A DNA stretch of 63,842 nt, counting the filler, from Choristocarpus tenellus KU-1152 (taxonomy: Eukaryota > Protista > Phaeophyceae): the NCBI GenBank assembly GCA_964200185.2. It is 11 parts of 11 records of this genome, joined end to end, with 100 filler letters (N's around TTAATTAATTAA, not from the genome) between each part and the next. Parts side by side here need not be neighbours in the genome. Positions count along the whole stretch, not along the records: positions 61,008 to 63,842 come from CAXNAD020024330.1; 10 more parts are not named here. The stretch is one strand, 5' to 3'. Below are positions 61,404-63,842 of the stretch, piece by piece. A program made the position numbers and the translations under genes. Position 1 is the stretch's first letter. Every line of letters starts with the position of its first letter. The notes beneath the pieces were generated by a model. The model was not told the origin of the DNA and did not search any database. It saw only the letters and a program-made list of their open reading frames with translations.

Positions 61404-62316
61404 TAAATACAAACATCTGAATGTGAAAATACATAAGGAAAATGTGACCACAAAAAGGAGCATCTGAGAGTTACAGAGACACAAACTCACCCAAGAAGAT
61501 CATCTACAGGGTCACAATAAGTCAAACGTTGACAACTGCTGGTACAACACTAGCAACACAGTAGCGAACAAGACAACAGTGGAGGCAGCCATGGCCACCC
61601 TGTCAAGGGTTTCATTGGACTTGAGATGAATCAAGATTGTCCCTGCTCACTTCGCGCTGCCAACAATACCCTAGATTCACTACACCAGACATAGCACACA
61701 TCACAGGGATTAAGAAGGCTGTGTGAATATATTGTGTGGAATGGCGATAGGGTTGAGGCAAAGGCTAGGGAGGTACGTCGACACCCAGGAGGGTGCATGA
61801 ACACTATGCCCTGTTAGTTTTGTCTGGCATATTGGGAGAGTGCAGACATCCACCCAGTACTTTCCAATGCTAATGACACTATCTTCTGCATAGGGATGTG
61901 GTGATTCTGAAGAGGGAAAATGCGAAAAGAAGAGTACCCCCTTCTGTTGTCAAAACTGTACGTTTTTTCCTCCTCGGAGTCAGCAACTCTGAACCATTTT
62001 GTTGTGAACACGATGACAAAATGGAATGCCAATACTTTGCACATGTACACGTTTGCTTTGCTCTTGTGCTCAAATTCCACAGGGAAGAGTCGATGTAACT
62101 CTTCATGAGCTATTGATTTTCATTGAACAAAGCACTAGGAAATTCATTCGAAGTGGACTACGGGTATGTTTCATAGCAGCGTATTATAGAAAAAGATGGC
62201 ATTTTATCTTGCCTGATGCTCGTTGTATGTCCCACGTAGTATAGCACCCTGTTCTCCCAACACCTCTGACATATTTTCCACCCTTTCAAGTTGCTCTGAC
62301 ATCATTTTCTGTGTTC

Positions 62317-62578
62317 GAGTGAAAGTATCTTAGAGGGTACGAGTTTTGCCCTGTTTTTGTCCATTTGGGGCTTGGCTTCCCACGGGTTTTTAATGACATT
62401 TTACCTACTCCAAAATGTTTCAGAGTAGTTAAAACGTAGACATTATGAAAAGGTGTGTCTGGAACAAGGTTATTGGCATCTCTGAACAAACGCGATAAGC
62501 CAAAATTACATCAAAATTGCAACATTAGATTTTGGTCCCCAAATGGACGCGGCTGTACCCTCTAAGATGCATTGACTC
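62317..62578 (+). mobile_element. MITE family A, copy 10
   Basis: gagtgaaagtatcttagagggtac...gtaccctctaagatgcattgactc; TSD gttc/gttc. Confidence 0.92.
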
Positions 62579-63842
62579 GTTCGTTGCAGAGACAACTTCA
62601 CTTCTCCTGCCTGTGCAGATCCCCCCACTCCCCCTCGACCCTGTCTTCCTCTGAGCAGCACATCGCCAAGTAACAACACACCATACGCGAGAAACGGCTG
62701 TTTAAAAGCCCAGGGGGGTTGGGGAGCTCTGGGGGAGCCTCATCTCGTAAGAAAGCGGAAATCAGAAACACAAGAAGAGGACAGGGTCACATTCGGCCTT
62801 GCTCATAAGTATCTCAGAGATTTTGTACTCTTACCATTTAGAGGTGTCAACAACCGAGTCAAAGTAACTAGGAGGAGTGCGCACTTTGATCGTTTGGAAT
62901 TTCAATGCTTTTGTTCAACTATGTTTAAAGAAGATGAAGATACTAAGGAAGGGAGAGTTGACAAGGATAACTTACTTTTGCCAACTGAATGCACCTACTA
63001 CATACCTGTGGACTGAGTGCTCCAAGAACATGTCGCACCAGAAATTCAGAGGGGTCCCTAGACTTTGCGGCACCCCCTTCTAGGTTAATTTGACTTGAAC
63101 GGTCCAAAATGTGAAGGACACATTTTTTGGCGCCAAAATACACACCGAGGCTCTTCTCGTCCTTAGACAAGTCCTAGGAATTGTCAATAATTAAACAGAA
63201 TAATGGCTCTCTTTCGTGTAGCCTGTACTCTGAATATCCGGAAAGCAGGATCAAGCAAAAGGTTCCGGGTGGCCCTGAAGCGAGTTGAAACACCAGAAGC
63301 CGATCAGTGTTAAAACATAGGCTACTCGTCTGTTTGTTCCTTGGTACGATACAGTTCCACCAGTCAACACTGACTGTTGATTGGTCAGTTACGTTCTGGA
63401 CGTTACTTTCAACAGTTCATCATCACCACATCAATTACAATCGGAGCACCTTAGTACAGAACAGTTGCTCTGCGTTCTACACGAATAGTATAGTATAATA
63501 TAGTATAGTATACGTCACTCGAGTTTCATCACATATTGTTTCAAGTATGTTCTCTTGTTCTCTTGTTTGTTTTTCTTTCACCCTTTCTTCTTTCCAGGAG
63601 AATATGACGGTTGTACGTTGATTGTTGATTAATATTTCTTTCGTGACTGCCAGCGATCCCTCACAATGCACCAAACTCACTTTACAATGAGTGTACCAGC
63701 TACACATCTGGACGTGATATGATCAGAGTGTTAAATCCATCCGGGGAAACCCTTGCCAGCCAAGGTAACAAGCCTCTCCACAGAGCATGTACTTCTTTCG
63801 TTGAGCATCTCATGAAAGAACACTGAGTTCACATCACATCAT

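Noticed and set aside
15135-62578. Dispersed palindromic repeats as a CRISPR array or REP-like system
   Set aside because: Copies are ~255 bp, scattered in both orientations, with TIRs and TSDs. There is no repeat-spacer periodicity and no cas gene, and the context is eukaryotic.

Overview
Eukaryotic nuclear DNA with short exons, GT-AG introns and many repeats. The gene style suggests a stramenopile, probably a brown alga (inference). The window is not contiguous: ten 100-nt linkers (N44-TTAATTAATTAA-N44) join 11 contigs whose true adjacency is unknown. Host content: an intact tRNA-Pro(AGG) gene and partial spliced genes (an unknown helical protein, an ARM-repeat protein with a 3.2-kb terminal exon, a USP34/24/9X-like deubiquitinase, a two-RRM protein, a coiled-coil protein, and a Gln/Gly/Met-rich N-terminus). 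Mobile content: ten copies of a ~255-bp MITE with GAG..CTC-type termini and 3-4-bp TSDs, a related MITE with poly-G TIRs, two decayed Ty1/copia elements and a DIRS/Ngaro-type RNaseH-YR remnant. The most notable locus is contig 14597-23521. It holds an intact 3-exon gene (~878 aa) for a Crypton/DUF3504-type tyrosine recombinase with both catalytic His substituted and a C-terminal zinc ribbon. The gene lies between an orphan TIR of the MITE type and a convergent, decayed Cys/His-rich ORF resembling a Sola2 transposase N-terminus. This could be a domesticated recombinase or cargo of a large composite DNA transposon. All family assignments come from motif recognition by eye, not from database searches.
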